The notes: generated from the letters alone by a model not told the origin. 63,257 nucleotides of DNA, filler included, from Polymyxa betae A26-41 (GCA_003693705.1; 6 parts of 6 records of this genome joined end to end with filler, not necessarily neighbours in it); one strand, 5' to 3'. Positions 24,230 through 37,065 are shown, numbered from the whole stretch's first letter. Made by a program: numbers and translations.

Positions 24230-24354
24230 TACAAGTTATAAGAGATTCGTTTTTAAATCACCTTTGACTACAGAGAGAGATGAGGACCGTAGATGAGGTG
24301 AGTTACGCTCACTTACGCAGTTCAGGATCGGGATCCTTCATTCTTCCATTTGTG

Positions 24355-24960
24355 ATGGAAGCGTCGTCTTTGGGAGCGTCTGTGAATGAAAGGATTGCTG
24401 TGCTCGAGCGCGAGCTTGTGGATATCAAGGATAAGCTGAAAAAAGCCGAGGATGCCGGTAATGGCTTCGAAAAGGTCCCTGCTATGAACCTCATTGCCTC
24501 CATTCACAATGACCTCGCGAGTCTTCGCAAGCAAGCCGAAGATGTACGCGTTAATGGCATTCTCAATACTATGAACAACGGATTCGATACTATGAACAAG
24601 GGATTCGATTCTATGAAAATAATATTTGATACAATAGAGAAGCAGATCTCGTGTAAACTTATTGTCAGCTTTACATTATCATGGCTGAATTTCTTGTAGA
24701 TCATGATTACAGTCACGTGTTCTTTTGGTCAAAGCACCTAGCTGGTCGTCCTTTCTATAAAAAACTCCTGCAGAACAATTTTCTTTTTTTCTCTGACTGT
24801 CGGTGAGATTGCTTCTATGTTTTATGGGGCAAAAATCGGGAGAAAGGCACATTACATGGCCACGGTCGGTGAGGCTACAAGTCCAGAAGCTGTTGCAGGG
24901 TTTCAAGCTCTCGGAAACTTAACTGAGGCTGAAACTAGGAGTGTCAAATATTTAGTTTCG
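24355..24960 (+). CDS. Hypothetical coiled-coil protein, probably spliced or partial
   Basis: Heptad-rich ORF from ATG 24355 (ERIAVLERELVDIKDKLKKAE..., MNNGFDT MNKGFDS repeats). Candidate GT donor at about 24652 and further exon-like segments. Confidence 0.4.
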
Positions 24961-25183
24961 AGGTTTCGAATCAAAAGTCTCGGCTTCTTTTCTGCTCCGA
25001 TATTATACCTCAGCTGGCGTCTATTAATCCACAGTAGAGGGATACATTTTGCTGCCGAATCATAGATCAAATTATTCTATTGCTCGAGTACTATTAAGAA
25101 ATAAGATAAAGATTGATCGCAGATCATTGATATATTGCTGTGGTTAATTTCGATTGAATTTTTCATTTTCTTATTTGACAATA

Positions 25184-25412
25184 ATGAAAGGATTCCATCA
25201 AATGAAGAAATATGAAGGTCTCTATTATATAAACAGAAAGGGTGTAGCAACGAATAGTGAAGGCGCGACGATTAGACCTTTTATACATGAAGACGGATAC
25301 AAGCGTATCACGCTATACAAGAATAACAAGAAGAGGAACCAGTATATACATCGTCTAGTGGCGTCGCAGTTCATCCCCAACCCACAGCGGTTAAAGGAGG
25401 TTGATCACTTAT
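25184..25412 (+). pseudogene. Second NUMOD4/HNH endonuclease, 3'-truncated
   Basis: KYEGLYYIN..G...DGYKRITLYK.....YIHRLVASQFIPNPQRLKEVDH, then similarity ends abruptly. Confidence 0.85.
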
Positions 25413-26081
25413 CACGTAGTATATCTGCTTTCAATCCTCCATTCTTGATATAGTTAATACGCGATATAATTTCTGCTTTCTTTAACATTCTGATTGGAGA
25501 TTACTTTGAATGTATGGAACTTGAAATATTCTGCCGGGTTTCCATTGCAGTCAGATGTCGTTCAGACGATCAATCATTGATCTCATCTGCATTTTTGCGA
25601 TCAGATCTCCCCAATGGGATTAGGACTGTACCTCTTGAACAAAATCTAAAAGCTGATCCGCGGTATTTGGAATGCAATTATGATCCCCCACAGTACAGCC
25701 TTTTTTAGTGATCCATATCACATTTGACAACAATACTGGCAGAGCAAGTCTGAGAACGTTTCTGTTCAGTAGCTCGTGAGCGTTTCCGAAATCGATGTCG
25801 GTGTTTTGTTTCAGGAGCTCACAGCAGTAGTGTGCATCATCCGCATCTTGATCGACCTCAGCGGTTGCTGAAAATACCGATATACCGGAGTGCATCCAAA
25901 CACCTCCTATCCGTCATCCTCGGTGGCGGAGGAGCCGGATTTCCTTTATGCCAATCGGCTATTGGGTCGGACTCATCATGAGGTCAGTGCACCAGTACGC
26001 CCAGTTCATTTGCCGAGTGTCATGATTCACTACTTCCGTNNNNNNNNNNNNNNNNNNNNNNNNNNNNNNNNNNNNNNNNNN

Positions 26082-27490
26082 TTATCGAAATACAATCATT
26101 CTCGAATCTATTCGATTCTTATAATTCTTGTTCGCCTGCTTCTTCGTAGCCTTCACTTATTCTTCCTCGCCCTGTCCCAGTCCTCACACCGAGCTGACAT
26201 TAGGCTTGTCCCGCAAACATGTTCCTTTGGCCCTGCTTTACGATATTTGTCATTTCCACTGCGCAGTGTTCACCAGCACGCCTTGGCCAGGAAAGGTATC
26301 CCCACAATCGCATATCTGTCGGGAAGCGGATCATAAGAAACATAACAATGTAGTTATCCCCACAATCGCATATCTGTCGAGAAGCGGATCATAAGAAACA
26401 TAACAATGTTTTCGACGAATCAGGAAGTTATCGTCTTTCTTGGATGCAGCAGGCCAGACTATATAATTGTTGACACCAGGATCGCGCTCAATTACGAAGG
26501 GCGGATGCTCCGCCATCAACGGAAATCCGCCGACAGACAGTCTAGTCCGCCAAACAGGCGATGGCAATCAGCTGCATGGATCATTTGGAGCGTTCGACTC
26601 TGTGATATGGACTGAACCCTTAGGAGTCCCCATTTCGGGAACAAAACCGGTTAGAGAATGGTCTCTGCCGAATGGGTGAATACAATTCTGCTTTTCCATC
26701 CACTCGACAGCGGCGAAATTGCCGGATAGCCGGACTGCGAATGCCGTCGGATCTGAAACTCTTTGGCGGTAGTTAAGACGCTTTACTGGGACGAGCGTAT
26801 CGATGCAAGCACGGCGCTACAGGAAGGCGTAAGCAGATTGGCTTTTCGGAATCCTCCCACTCCACGTGGCTGGTGACTTTTTCTTTCAACCGCTCCAGGA
26901 AGTCTTCCGGACTTTTCTGTAGCCGCGGCTCTTGAACACTCACCAAATCCTGCAACTTCTGACGCAGCTTATACGGCCGTACCGCAGCAAGAAGGAACTT
27001 GACTTCTAACTTCCTTCCCTCCCTTCCTTTAAATGTCTCGTGCCAGCCGTGGTTGGCAACGATGTCGCTGACCAGGTCCATGACTCGGCCGAGCAGGGAT
27101 CCCTCAGTTGTTAGGATCGAGTAAAAAGTCCCCTTTTATTGGTTAGATAAGCGGTGCGATGACTCGGGAGCAGAGGGTAGGACGCGGGGGAACGGTGTCC
27201 TGCAACGGAGCGACGTCAGGGAGTCCTCGGAGGCGGAGCGGCGGGGCACGGAGTGGAGCGGTGAGGGGATCGTAGTGGAGCGGTGAGGGGATCGTAGTGG
27301 AGCGTAGGAAGGATGTACGGAGCGGTGCCGGTGAGACGGAGGCGGAGCGGAGACGAAGGTCGGAGGGGAGTCGGAGGTGAGGCGAGGCGAGAGAACGAAG
27401 CAATAGAGAGTCGGAGACGAGATGAGAAACGTATGAATTTTGGAGTTGATCGGAATGGTTGCGTGGAGGCCGCTCCTCGCCATTCATAGT
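26082..27490 (-). pseudogene. Gypsy Gag(-protease) remnant with an internal 55-bp tandem duplication (about 26297-26409)
   Basis: IVANHGW...KFLLAAVRPYKLRQKL parallels the Gag near 37700-37830. The low-complexity Pro/Ser repeats at 27180-27400 belong to its N-terminus. Confidence 0.55.
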
Positions 27491-28802
27491 AGGGAGACGA
27501 GGGGACCCGCGCAGTCCGTGACAGTTAGGGCTCTTCCCCTATAGGAATCGTCAGCANNNNNNNNNNNNNNNNNNNNNNNNNNNNNNNNNNNNNNNNNNNN
27601 TTAATTAATTAANNNNNNNNNNNNNNNNNNNNNNNNNNNNNNNNNNNNNNNNNNNNTCGAATCCAATCCAATCCAATCAAAGATATCGATAGACCCGGAT
27701 GCCGACATGGAACTGGACCCTATTTTGTTCTTCAACAGGCTGTTAGTCTGTGCGGTGTGATTGAAGACTGAAGTAGAACACGACCCCGTCTTGTCTGCGT
27801 ATACCGTAGCCTACAGTTAGCCAGAACCCTAAACCCTAACCCTGCAGCCGTGTTTGCTGAGTGATCAAAGGGAGGCGGAGTCTTGTTACCTATTGGCTCA
27901 GTCATGGACTCATGGTGATATTGATTATTATGAAACCAGTTAGTTAGGTCATTGTTCCTGATTTTCAATAAAAACTGGATATTGAAACCAGTGATATTTG
28001 AAATGTATAAGCTTGACAGCAATGTATTGGTGTTTTTCAAGTTCCTGGGTGTTCGAATCGGTCTACAGAGCAAAATCTTTCTTTCAATGATGAAGGACAA
28101 GAAAACCGGCGGGATTGTTTGAGCTCTTCCAGTTCATATCTGGGCGAAATCGTGCATTCTTGAACCAAATCTGTATTGGAAAACTGAATCAAAAAGATCA
28201 GACAGAAAAACAAAGAGCGAGCTATCGAGCTAAGAAGGGATACGATCCTCCAGTGGGCGTCTCTTTATCAAGTGTTTCGCGAAGACCGAGGCCGGGGCCA
28301 GTACGAGCCAGGCCATTCCAGGGTAACCTCACATTCGTCACCGAGCCACCTTTCGAATACAAAAAGTCGGCATCGTGCCGCCCCATCACAAATCCGAGTT
28401 GGAGTCGGAGACTTCGTCGATGTTCGGGGCCAGTATGGAGCCTGCATCTGCGCGGAAGGTCTCAGCCAGCGCGCCGCGACCGATTTTGGCGGATAGTATC
28501 CGTGTTGGGGGAATTGAATAGATCAGTTTGCTCTGTAAGAAGACGATCGAACCATCGCCGATTTAGTTCGCGATGGAGAACTTGATACTTCGTAACAGGT
28601 GGTTTGATAAGATCCGAATAGGATACAGAAAGGAGCGGGTGAGACTCGGCGTGAGACGAAATCGCGACGAGAACCAAAATCCGGTTTGGATAAAGTCTCG
28701 CAGTTTCCAAAAACTGCGTGACCTTTTGGAAACTGCGAGCAGATTTTAAAACTGCGCAATATTCGGAAATCACAACCTGCGTGACGGACTTCCAGATTAG
28801 CA

Positions 28803-30959
28803 ATGAAGGTCGTGGCTCTGACCAGGTCGAACTCGTCGTACGTCGGCCGGTCGGGCGACGTTCGTCGTGTCGCTCGTAACCCGACTCCATCCCTTCATCC
28901 ATTCCAGAGAGAGCGGGAGTATACCCGGGCTCTACAGGCCACGAAACTCGACAAGATTCTGGCGAAGCCATTTCTGCATGCATTCGATCAGCATAATGAT
29001 GCTATCAGCGTATTGGCCACCAACCCGATCCTGTTATCGTCCCTGCATTCGGGCGCTTGTGATGGTGAAATCAAGGCCTGGAATCTCGGGTACGACCGCC
29101 GCGACCCTCGCGATCTTTTCATTTTTCTTTTTCAGGACTTTCTGATAACTTTTTTGTTTCTTTCACCAATTTTCTCCAAAATTTTGCCTTTTGCCAACAC
29201 TTTTTTTGAACTTTTTTACTGTTTTGCTGTTTCGAAGATTTTTCACCTCTTCCGGTTTGTTTCGAGGATTTTCCAGTGTATTCAGGAATGTCTGAATCCG
29301 CCTTAGAGATCGCGTGAATTTATGGAGCGTTGGGGCGCACGACGGATTCGTTCGTGGTCTGAGCGTCTCTCGCAATGGTGATCGTCTGATCTCATGTGGA
29401 CAGGATCGTACTGTGAAAGTCTGGAATTTGCAGGTCTCGTAACATTCCTCAATCTCTTTGCCTTATATGCGCTGAATGGATTGCAGGCGGCCAACGCCAA
29501 CCCGGATTTGATCATGCCCATGAAGACCATGATTGGACAGTCGCCCTACACATCCGCAGATACACACTCCAAGGACCCCGATATCTTCGTCACTTCTGGC
29601 GCTCAGGTAACCTACCATTCTTTGTCTACTTTTTTGCTTTTTTGTTTTCCCCAAAAAAAAAAGATTTCAATGATACTTTTTTCATCCAATATTCACCCTT
29701 TTTCTATTTACAATCACAATTTATACATTTTTTCAATGCTTTAACTGAAAGTATTTTCATCCATAGGTGGATATCTGGCGCATGGACCGTACTGACCCGG
29801 TGCATTCGTTCAAATGGGGTGCCGATACGATCACGTGTGCCCGGTTCAGCCGTGTTGAGACGGACGTGCTGGCATCGTGCAGTTCGGACCGATCTGTGAC
29901 GCTGTATGATATCCGCTCGCAGACCCCGATCCAGAAACTCACCATGGCGATGTCTTCGAATGCCATCTGTTGGAACCCGATGGAGGCCTTCAACTTTACT
30001 ATCGCCAATGATGACGCCAATCTGTACTTCGCAAGTTTTCACTTTCCTTCTCTTTCGTTTCTTCGTTTTCCAGAGCATTTTTGTCTTTAACTTTTTAAAA
30101 CTTTTTTCTATGTTTTGCTGATTTCATCGCTGCTTGTTTTGCTTCCTTTCAATCTGTAGTTTCGCTTGTTGGAAATCTCACCATCTTCTAGATACACCTT
30201 CGATATGCGAAAGCTAAACGTTGCTCGTAACGTGCTAACCGATCACGTTTCGGCCGTCATGTCTGTCGACTACAGCCCGACAGGTCGTGAGCTGGTTTCG
30301 GGCGGGTACGATCACACGGTGCGGATCTGGGAGGATGGTCAAGGCCACGCCCGCGAAGTCTACACAGCCAAGCGTATGCAACGTGTTCATGCCGTCCGCT
30401 ATTCGGCTGATAACCGATTCGTCCTGTCCGGCTCCGATGACACCAATATTCGACTCTGGAAGGCGCAGGCTTCCAAGACCTTACAGGCCGTTCTGCCACG
30501 CGAGGTCTCTTGGCATTTTCACATTTTGACTGCGATTTGCGGGTTTTTGGTGATAATTTTGCTTTTGTTTTTTGAGAACTCGAACTTTCTTGTCTTTCAT
30601 AATTTCAACAATGTTTTTCGTTTTTTTTATGTTTTTTCCTTTCGTCCCACCTTTCAGTATCATCATTACTTTTTACTCTTTTTGCTGACAAATATTGCTG
30701 GTCTGATGGTTTTTTTCTTCAGGACCGCTTTATGGCGTACACGGACAAGCTGAAGGAGAGGTTCGGGCAGGTCTACGAGATCAAACGTATCGCCAAGCAT
30801 CGTCATCTACCGTCTGGAATTTTCAGCAAGATGCGTAAGGAGCGCATTATGAAAAGCGCCGAACAACGCAAAGAACGCAACCGTCGGTCACATTCCAAGC
30901 CCGGCGCTGTTCCGCATGTGCCAGAGAGAACTAAACATATTGTTGCTGTCGAGCAATAA
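28803..30959 (+). CDS. DCAF13: DDB1- and CUL4-associated factor 13 / U3 snoRNP protein Sof1; 6 exons: 28803-29089, 29307-29433, 29487-29606, 29767-30023, 30192-30504, 30723-30959
   Basis: RNPTPSLHPFQREREYTRALQATKLDK..AKPF, WD40 repeats, WNPMEAFNF, REVYTAKRMQ, LSGSDDTNIRLWKA and the Sof1 C-terminal domain. GT-AG introns keep the frame. Confidence 0.96.
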
Positions 30960-31278
30960 AACTTCTACACCTATACTACGACTGGTTGAATTGCTGCCAA
31001 AATTCTCTTTAGTCTTCCTGTTCAAAATCCTTGCCCACAATAGATAACAAACGTTGATTTCGAATATGGAACAACAAAAGGGCGGATTGCAGTGGTTTGC
31101 AAAACGTTTGCTAGCTACTTTAGTCAGGAATCATTTCGACGATGTACGCAAAAGTGCTGAAACCTGCCACCACATCACAAAAATGCCAAATTACCTGAAA
31201 CCTTGGTCAGTTGATTAAGTTGCATGATGAAAAAGGTTGCAAAGAAAGCTATAGGCATTAATCGAGAGAAAAAAAGAA

Positions 31279-31352
31279 TGGAGAATGGGGTAGTCGAAAC
31301 CCCGACCTCGTCGTTGCTAACGACGCGTGATGACCAACTACACCAATTCCCC
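31279..31352 (-). tRNA. tRNA-Ala (anticodon AGC)
   Basis: Cloverleaf GGGGAAT/ATTCTCC with the G3:U70 Ala determinant, anticodon arm CGTCG-TTAGCAA-CGACG, TTCGA T-loop and a downstream oligo-T terminator. Confidence 0.95.
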
Positions 31353-31729
31353 ATTTGACGATATTTTTGGAATTATCCACAAATATAGACAATTCGTACG
31401 ATTCAGTATCAAAAGAGTTGACTCACTCAAATTCATATAGAGCACCAACTGATTAAGTGGAGGAAATTTGAAGAGCGTCGAAAAAAATACAGACGACTGC
31501 TAACTGACCAGCAATGCCTTCCGATTGCATTCTAAGAAATATAATTGCTTTCTTCAAATTCATTCCAGTTCAAAACCCTATCCCGTCTAAGTTGATTACA
31601 CAAAGCAGGACTAGTTGTGATTTGTGACAGCGTAAGAACTGATTTTATTTTTCGAGAAAATGTCAGTCATTGATTGCCGATACCTATCCTTTTCTCATCC
31701 TAAAATGGATTCAAATAACGAAAGAAGGT

Positions 31730-31910
31730 AGGCCGGACATTTGACACTCTCAATGATGCCATCGAATTTCGAAATATTATAGGTACAAGAAAAGTTCGAT
31801 AATCATGAAGACATATTCCCAGTATTCGTAGAACTTTTCAAAATGACGTGAAACATATTTCGGTATCTAGGTAGATATGGGAAGTACGCTGATTATAAAT
31901 CGTTATATGC
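31730..31910 (+). pseudogene. Third, decayed copy of the HNH/AP2-like endonuclease (C-terminal part)
   Basis: RTFDTLNDAIEFRN..QEKFDNHEDI...DVKHI...YGKY aligns with RTLVTLDDAIEFRDSIQKKIDNNEEI...DMRHI...YGKY at 23670-23860. Confidence 0.7.
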
Positions 31911-32929
31911 TGTAAAAGAAGAGAGCGAGAAGGATTTGTGAATGAATATTATGTCGCTGGACCCATATACTAAACCATATATTGATCAGCTAGCCACAAC
32001 GATGATGACTAACCACGTGTTTATTTATGAGTTTATCGATGAGTTCAATGTTAAACGGATTAATTATTGATTTGGTTAATAGGCAATAAAGTGAATAAAC
32101 TAATATCTATTTTACAATCGAATATTGGTTTACGTTGATATTGTTATTGGCCATTTCAAGGTTTGATATGGGCTTTTGAACGAGACTCATCTAGTTTTGA
32201 TAGCCTTTGGATTCATTAGTCTACGGAATGCCGATCTATGTTGAATCGGAACGATATTCGACTCGCTCTGGTGATTCCGAACGCCTGGTAGCACCGCCCG
32301 AGGCGGTTTGTCGATCACTATCGTTACTATTCACAATTCTGGTAGCCACTACTCTTAATCAATAAGGAGGCTTGAGCAAAGAGACCACGTATTGTATTCA
32401 TAGAGAATTTCGGCAAGAAGGTCCGGAACTACAGTTTTCCCGGAAGTTGGGCCGGATCGTGACTTAATTGGAAAATCGATCTTCCGTAACAGAGTCAACA
32501 TGGTGAATATTTCAAAGAGTTTCCGATGTCATCGACATTCATATGAAACAATTTGATGTAATTTGCAAGGGCCTAAAAGCGGTTAATAATGTAGTTAATA
32601 TAACGGATACTTTTATTACAGCTTATAAAGAACATAATGATAAAGAACAAGCTACAGTTAAACAAGAACAAGTTAAAGATAAAGAAACTATACGAGACAT
32701 AATTCCAGCCAAAGATACAGAAGTCATTCAATCTGAAGATATTGAAACAGTTCAGGAATACTTTCATTTTTATTAAGTCACTAACAAGACAAACCATAGT
32801 AAATCTAAAATAAATTATCTGAATAATGCATAATCTCGAAAACCCATTCGCTCTCGCTGCCAGCATCCATGTTTCCGAGACGCACACAGCACCATATTTC
32901 AACTTGACTTTCATACTGCATGGAAAGTA

Positions 32930-33350
32930 GAAAATGCCGCCTCCAGCTTCAAGACCGAGATCATTGCATTACAGACTGGACTGGAGAGCATACCCTCTCT
33001 ACAACCAGAAGAGCAGCATGGCCATAAAATTACTCACTCAATATCATGCTTACAACAGCTTTATACTCTACCGTACAACTATAATTCACGAATTCAGTTA
33101 TTGTGGATGTGGCAACAGAACTACCAGACCTGCGGCAATTGAATCTAGTCAATTTGCATTAATCGAGTAACACACACATGCCCGGGTCCATTTCAACAAC
33201 AACAATATTGGAATAGAACCCGAAGATAAATGTCGTCACTGTAACCGATATCTAGAAACAGATGAACATCAACCCAATTCGAGATAGAATCACCCGGATG
33301 GGTATCACAGACATTGATCAGGCGATCTACGTCCAGGAACAATTCATGGC
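32930..33350 (+). pseudogene. 3' fragment of a non-LTR retrotransposon
   Basis: IGIEPEDKCRHCNRYLETDEH, the C-terminal Cys/His motif of LINE ORF2, near 33207-33270. Confidence 0.55.
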
Positions 33351-33839
33351 CAATTTTCTATCCTCAGCGTCTCAATGGGGATGTTATCTCTAACGATATA
33401 AATTTGTAAGCTGGGTCACCAGCATGGAAGTCATGGAAAAATAGGGCCTGAGTCTCTGTAGGGTCGGGCGTGTGCATTTTCTACCTTATCGAGGCTTCTA
33501 TAGGTCCTACCAAAAGCGATCATCTAAAACAATCATTACTTGGGTGAAATACTGATAGCTCTGAAAATGGAGTATCAACGAACTAGTCGAATCCAATCCA
33601 ATTCTACCAAATCCATTCAAAACCATTCGTATTATACCAAGCTCCTCCACAGTATTCCAAATGAGTGACGAGGTAACGGCCTTTGGTATCGAACAGAAAA
33701 GAATCAGGCATTCAGTCTATCGGAGATCGATGGTGGTGCGTTTTGAAACTGTGATAGTCTCGATTCAAGAAGGCCTAGAGACAGTTCTTCCACAAATTAG
33801 ACGAGCGACAGATACACCTGCCATCTATTTCTCTTTCAT

Positions 33840-34591
33840 CAATTGACTACGCTCCATTCAAATGCAGTTATACAGACGCAAAGAGCAAAGACGTCGCTAG
33901 CAGAATTAGCTGAAAACAACGAGGTAGAAGTTCCCATACAAAAAAAGCAAGAAAAAAAGATTAGATACGGAAGAAACTTGCAGACAATTGCAACGAATAC
34001 AGCGAGACAATCGGACATCAATTGATCAAATGCAAAACCTCTAAAAAACGATTACAACAATTTCGAGACAAGATCCATTGAACTTTGTCGCGATGGGCGA
34101 GATCGGATAGATAAAAGGCGTAGTTCGTAGAGATGGTTGAGTTTCCGTCGTCTTTGGTATCTTTGGAGGATTTCTCTGAAGAGCTCAACGTCGATTTGCA
34201 ACGCTTCTCGAAGTGGTCCTTCCCATTGAAGATTTTTCAAACAACTTCGCGACGATAAAGTCCCCAGCGACCATGCCTTCAAATCGTTGTTCGAGACGTC
34301 TCCAGATAAATGTGATGTCATCGCTATCAACTTCGGACATTAAAATAATGACGAGATGGAACGCGAGCAGTCGTCAATGTCGGCTTGCGAGCCGGAAGGA
34401 GGCAGTATCGGTGTGTTGGTCCGGACAGTGGTCAGGTTCAGCGTCGCTTTTGCCCTCAGCAGCTGTAAACTCCGAATCACTGTCGCGTCGTTCGGTGTTT
34501 CAGCTTGGGCTGTCTGGGCTGCAGTGTAACGTGAGGTCGCTGTTCTAACAATCTTCAAGGCGGATTCCAAATTTAGTATCGCCTTCTGCAT
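33840..34591 (-). pseudogene. Gypsy Gag remnant
   Basis: Stop-interrupted frame ending ...SMDLVSKLL that aligns with the Gag remnant at 26773-27130. Confidence 0.45.
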
Positions 34592-34965
34592 TGGTGATGC
34601 TCTTGTTTAAACGGGGACAGCCTTCTCGTTCTGGGCCTCGATAATATCGAAATCGTCGGAACTACGAATGAATGCCAAAGCAGACGGAAAGAAAAACAGA
34701 ATGTTGTATTGGGAGAATTGAAAGGCCGAAAAGGAACAGTAATGGGAGAGTAAAAGAATGATGGGATGTTAGAGCTGAATTCTGACATAAGAAGTTACTT
34801 CTGCTGTCTTTGATTAAAGTCCGGAGATCGGACTCCGGTTGATTTGATGTTTTCTGTCAGATTTACTCCTCCAGTGTGAGTTGCATAAACGGTTCTGTCA
34901 TCGCGGTCTCTCTCAAAAACATAGATTACAATAGAGTTTGAGACACTTGTATTGCAGAGTAAAAT

Positions 34966-35760
34966 TTAACATTCTTTTCCTGATACAATATTCTTGTCAG
35001 CATTAACAGCAGATAGAGCAGGGCATTGTCCGATGGGTCCAGGACAATGATTCTGTTGAAATTGATAATGATCTATATAATGTCCAAATATATGAGAGTA
35101 ATAATTGACATCAATATTACAATGGTGTTCAAGACAGTATAATATTGGATTTAGAGAATCTCGGAGATATTCACTCAGATCAGATGATGGATTCAAATTC
35201 TGCTTCTTCAGCTCATCATTCATTCGTTGAATACACTCCAACATGAGCTTCTGTGATATATTCAGCAAATACAAATAAACCTGAACACAGTAATACCGTC
35301 TCAAATCCTTTCATAGAATATTTCAATAGACAATGAGCAAGGCCTGCTCTATCACGAAATAGTTGTGATTTGATGATATATTTATCATCGTTACTGACAA
35401 TGAGAGTCTCGAATCCGCACTGTTCACTCTTGTGTTTGTACCTACAACAAAGAGTCCCAAAACGACTATGCGGAAACGGATTTCCCCTTCGAGATTGAAA
35501 AGTCCGAAGATCATTCTGACAGCATATTGTAACGCAGGAAAGCACTGGGTAACATGTTCGATGCAGCCAATAATCACAGCGTTCACGATCCAGGCACAAT
35601 TTCGGGTCGGTAATCTTGGCCCGAACTATTTTTACACATAAACTGGCCACCAATATCAACTTCTGTAACGTGGTCTCCGAAGTTGCGATTCCCGAGGTTT
35701 CGGGCAATATGAGCTGATCATCGAGAACATTGATAATTTTGAGGGCATTTGCAGTATATC
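34966..35760 (-). pseudogene. Highly decayed Gypsy integrase fragment
   Basis: TLQKL..YWWP.M, CxxC, PF and LIVSND...S.LF in the expected order across frameshifts. Confidence 0.35.
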
Positions 35761-35892
35761 TGTCGCCATTTGTGTTACTGCGTGACGCTCGCNNNNNNNN
35801 NNNNNNNNNNNNNNNNNNNNNNNNNNNNNNNNNNNNTTAATTAATTAANNNNNNNNNNNNNNNNNNNNNNNNNNNNNNNNNNNNNNNNNNNN

Positions 35893-36354
35893 TGATGTGC
35901 GAGCGCTCTGTAAGGCGTGTCTGCACTGTCTGCCGACACGGGGTGGACTAAGAGTTCCACGGCCTTTGGGCACCGCACTCCACGGCAGCACACCGAATGA
36001 GGTTGTTCATATGGACTGGATCTATATAGCTCCAGCTCCGAAGAACGGAATTCACGAATATCAGTGGAATCTGATATTGAGGGATGATCTGTCAGGTGTG
36101 ATAAAGATTACGCCTGGCAAGAATCCAGATACTGAAGTTACGATGGAAGCCTTGATGGAGTGGAGAGCAAAATTTGGAACTCCAAAAACACTGGTTTCTG
36201 ACATGGCGTCGTACTTCGTTTCCGATACTATGAGGAGATTTTCGGAGAGATGTAATATGAATCAACATATAACTGTTGCGTACGGACATTATTGTAATGG
36301 AAGTACCGGTATTGAGGTTATAAACCAAAACTTCTTACAATTAATGAGGGCATG
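35893..36354 (+). pseudogene. Gypsy integrase fragment, interrupted by the next LTR
   Basis: CLHCLP..PRPLG...HMDWIY...LRDDLSG...LVSDMASYF...NG..E; close paralog of 41162-41650. Confidence 0.9.
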
Positions 36355-37047
36355 TGTAGTGAGGCTGTCTCACATTGAAGACAACTAGAACAACTGAGTC
36401 AATCGATGCTAACGATTGATCAGTGATAGTAATCCATCGGAAGGTATCCGTGGAAAACCCTAACGTGACAGGGGGAGACCCGAAAGGACCAAATCGCCAC
36501 TGGAGGCCCAGTGGCGGCGGAAACTGCGTGAGTCACCGTCCGGCCTCCGGAATCCCGGAACTACCCTGGCCGGCCTGGACGAGACCTTGGGGCCTGGAAT
36601 CTAATTTTACTAAATCATAATTCAATTGTGCTCTCAATTGTAAAGCCTTTGTTCACGTAGGAGACATTATTATCTGAGTTAAGATGGGATCAGCAGTTTT
36701 GGCCTTAGTTTGATGCCAATACTGAGCATACAGTCTATCATAGGCCGTAGGATAGGCTGAACGGATATGCGCCGGTCGCGGTTATGACTCAGCCAGCGGA
36801 CAATCCTGTTGAACAGATCTTTCGATGTCCAACATGTAAAAAGTTCGTATAGTTTATCAAAAGATATCAAGAAAACTACAAGATTTTCAAGCTACGACCA
36901 TGCTGCCCTAAGAACTTCGTCCCAGACTCCGTACGGACTGCGCGACGGCATTTGGGCCCTGGAGCTTTTTGGGGAATTGAATACAGACATTGTTGATTTT
37001 ACCTTCATTTTTGTGAATTTGATCGTAGAATCGAGAGGATTGCTACA
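36355..37047 (+). mobile_element. Candidate 5' LTR of a Gypsy chromovirus, containing a nested repeat at 36394-36665
   Basis: TGTAG...CTACA termini. It begins where the upstream integrase breaks and ends 19 nt before the gag ATG. Confidence 0.6.
36394..36665 (+). repeat. Partial copy (interior plus right TIR) of the long-TIR element at 47918-48280
   Basis: Collinear high similarity to 48019-48280. Confidence 0.9.
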
Positions 37048-37065
37048 AAGAATTCTTTTAGTTAG

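Noticed and set aside
22400-25450. Fanzor/TnpB or IscB RNA-guided nuclease
   Set aside because: No RuvC motifs are seen. The nucleases here are of the NUMOD4/HNH type.
27826-27843. Telomere ends at CCCTAAACCCTAA motifs (also about 21962 and 62903)
   Set aside because: Only two to three units each, in internal positions; at most telo-box-like motifs.
36454-36463. Telomerase RNA template (AAAACCCTAA) in the structured repeat
   Set aside because: The second copy reads GAACCCTATT and the sequence is part of a multicopy TIR element.
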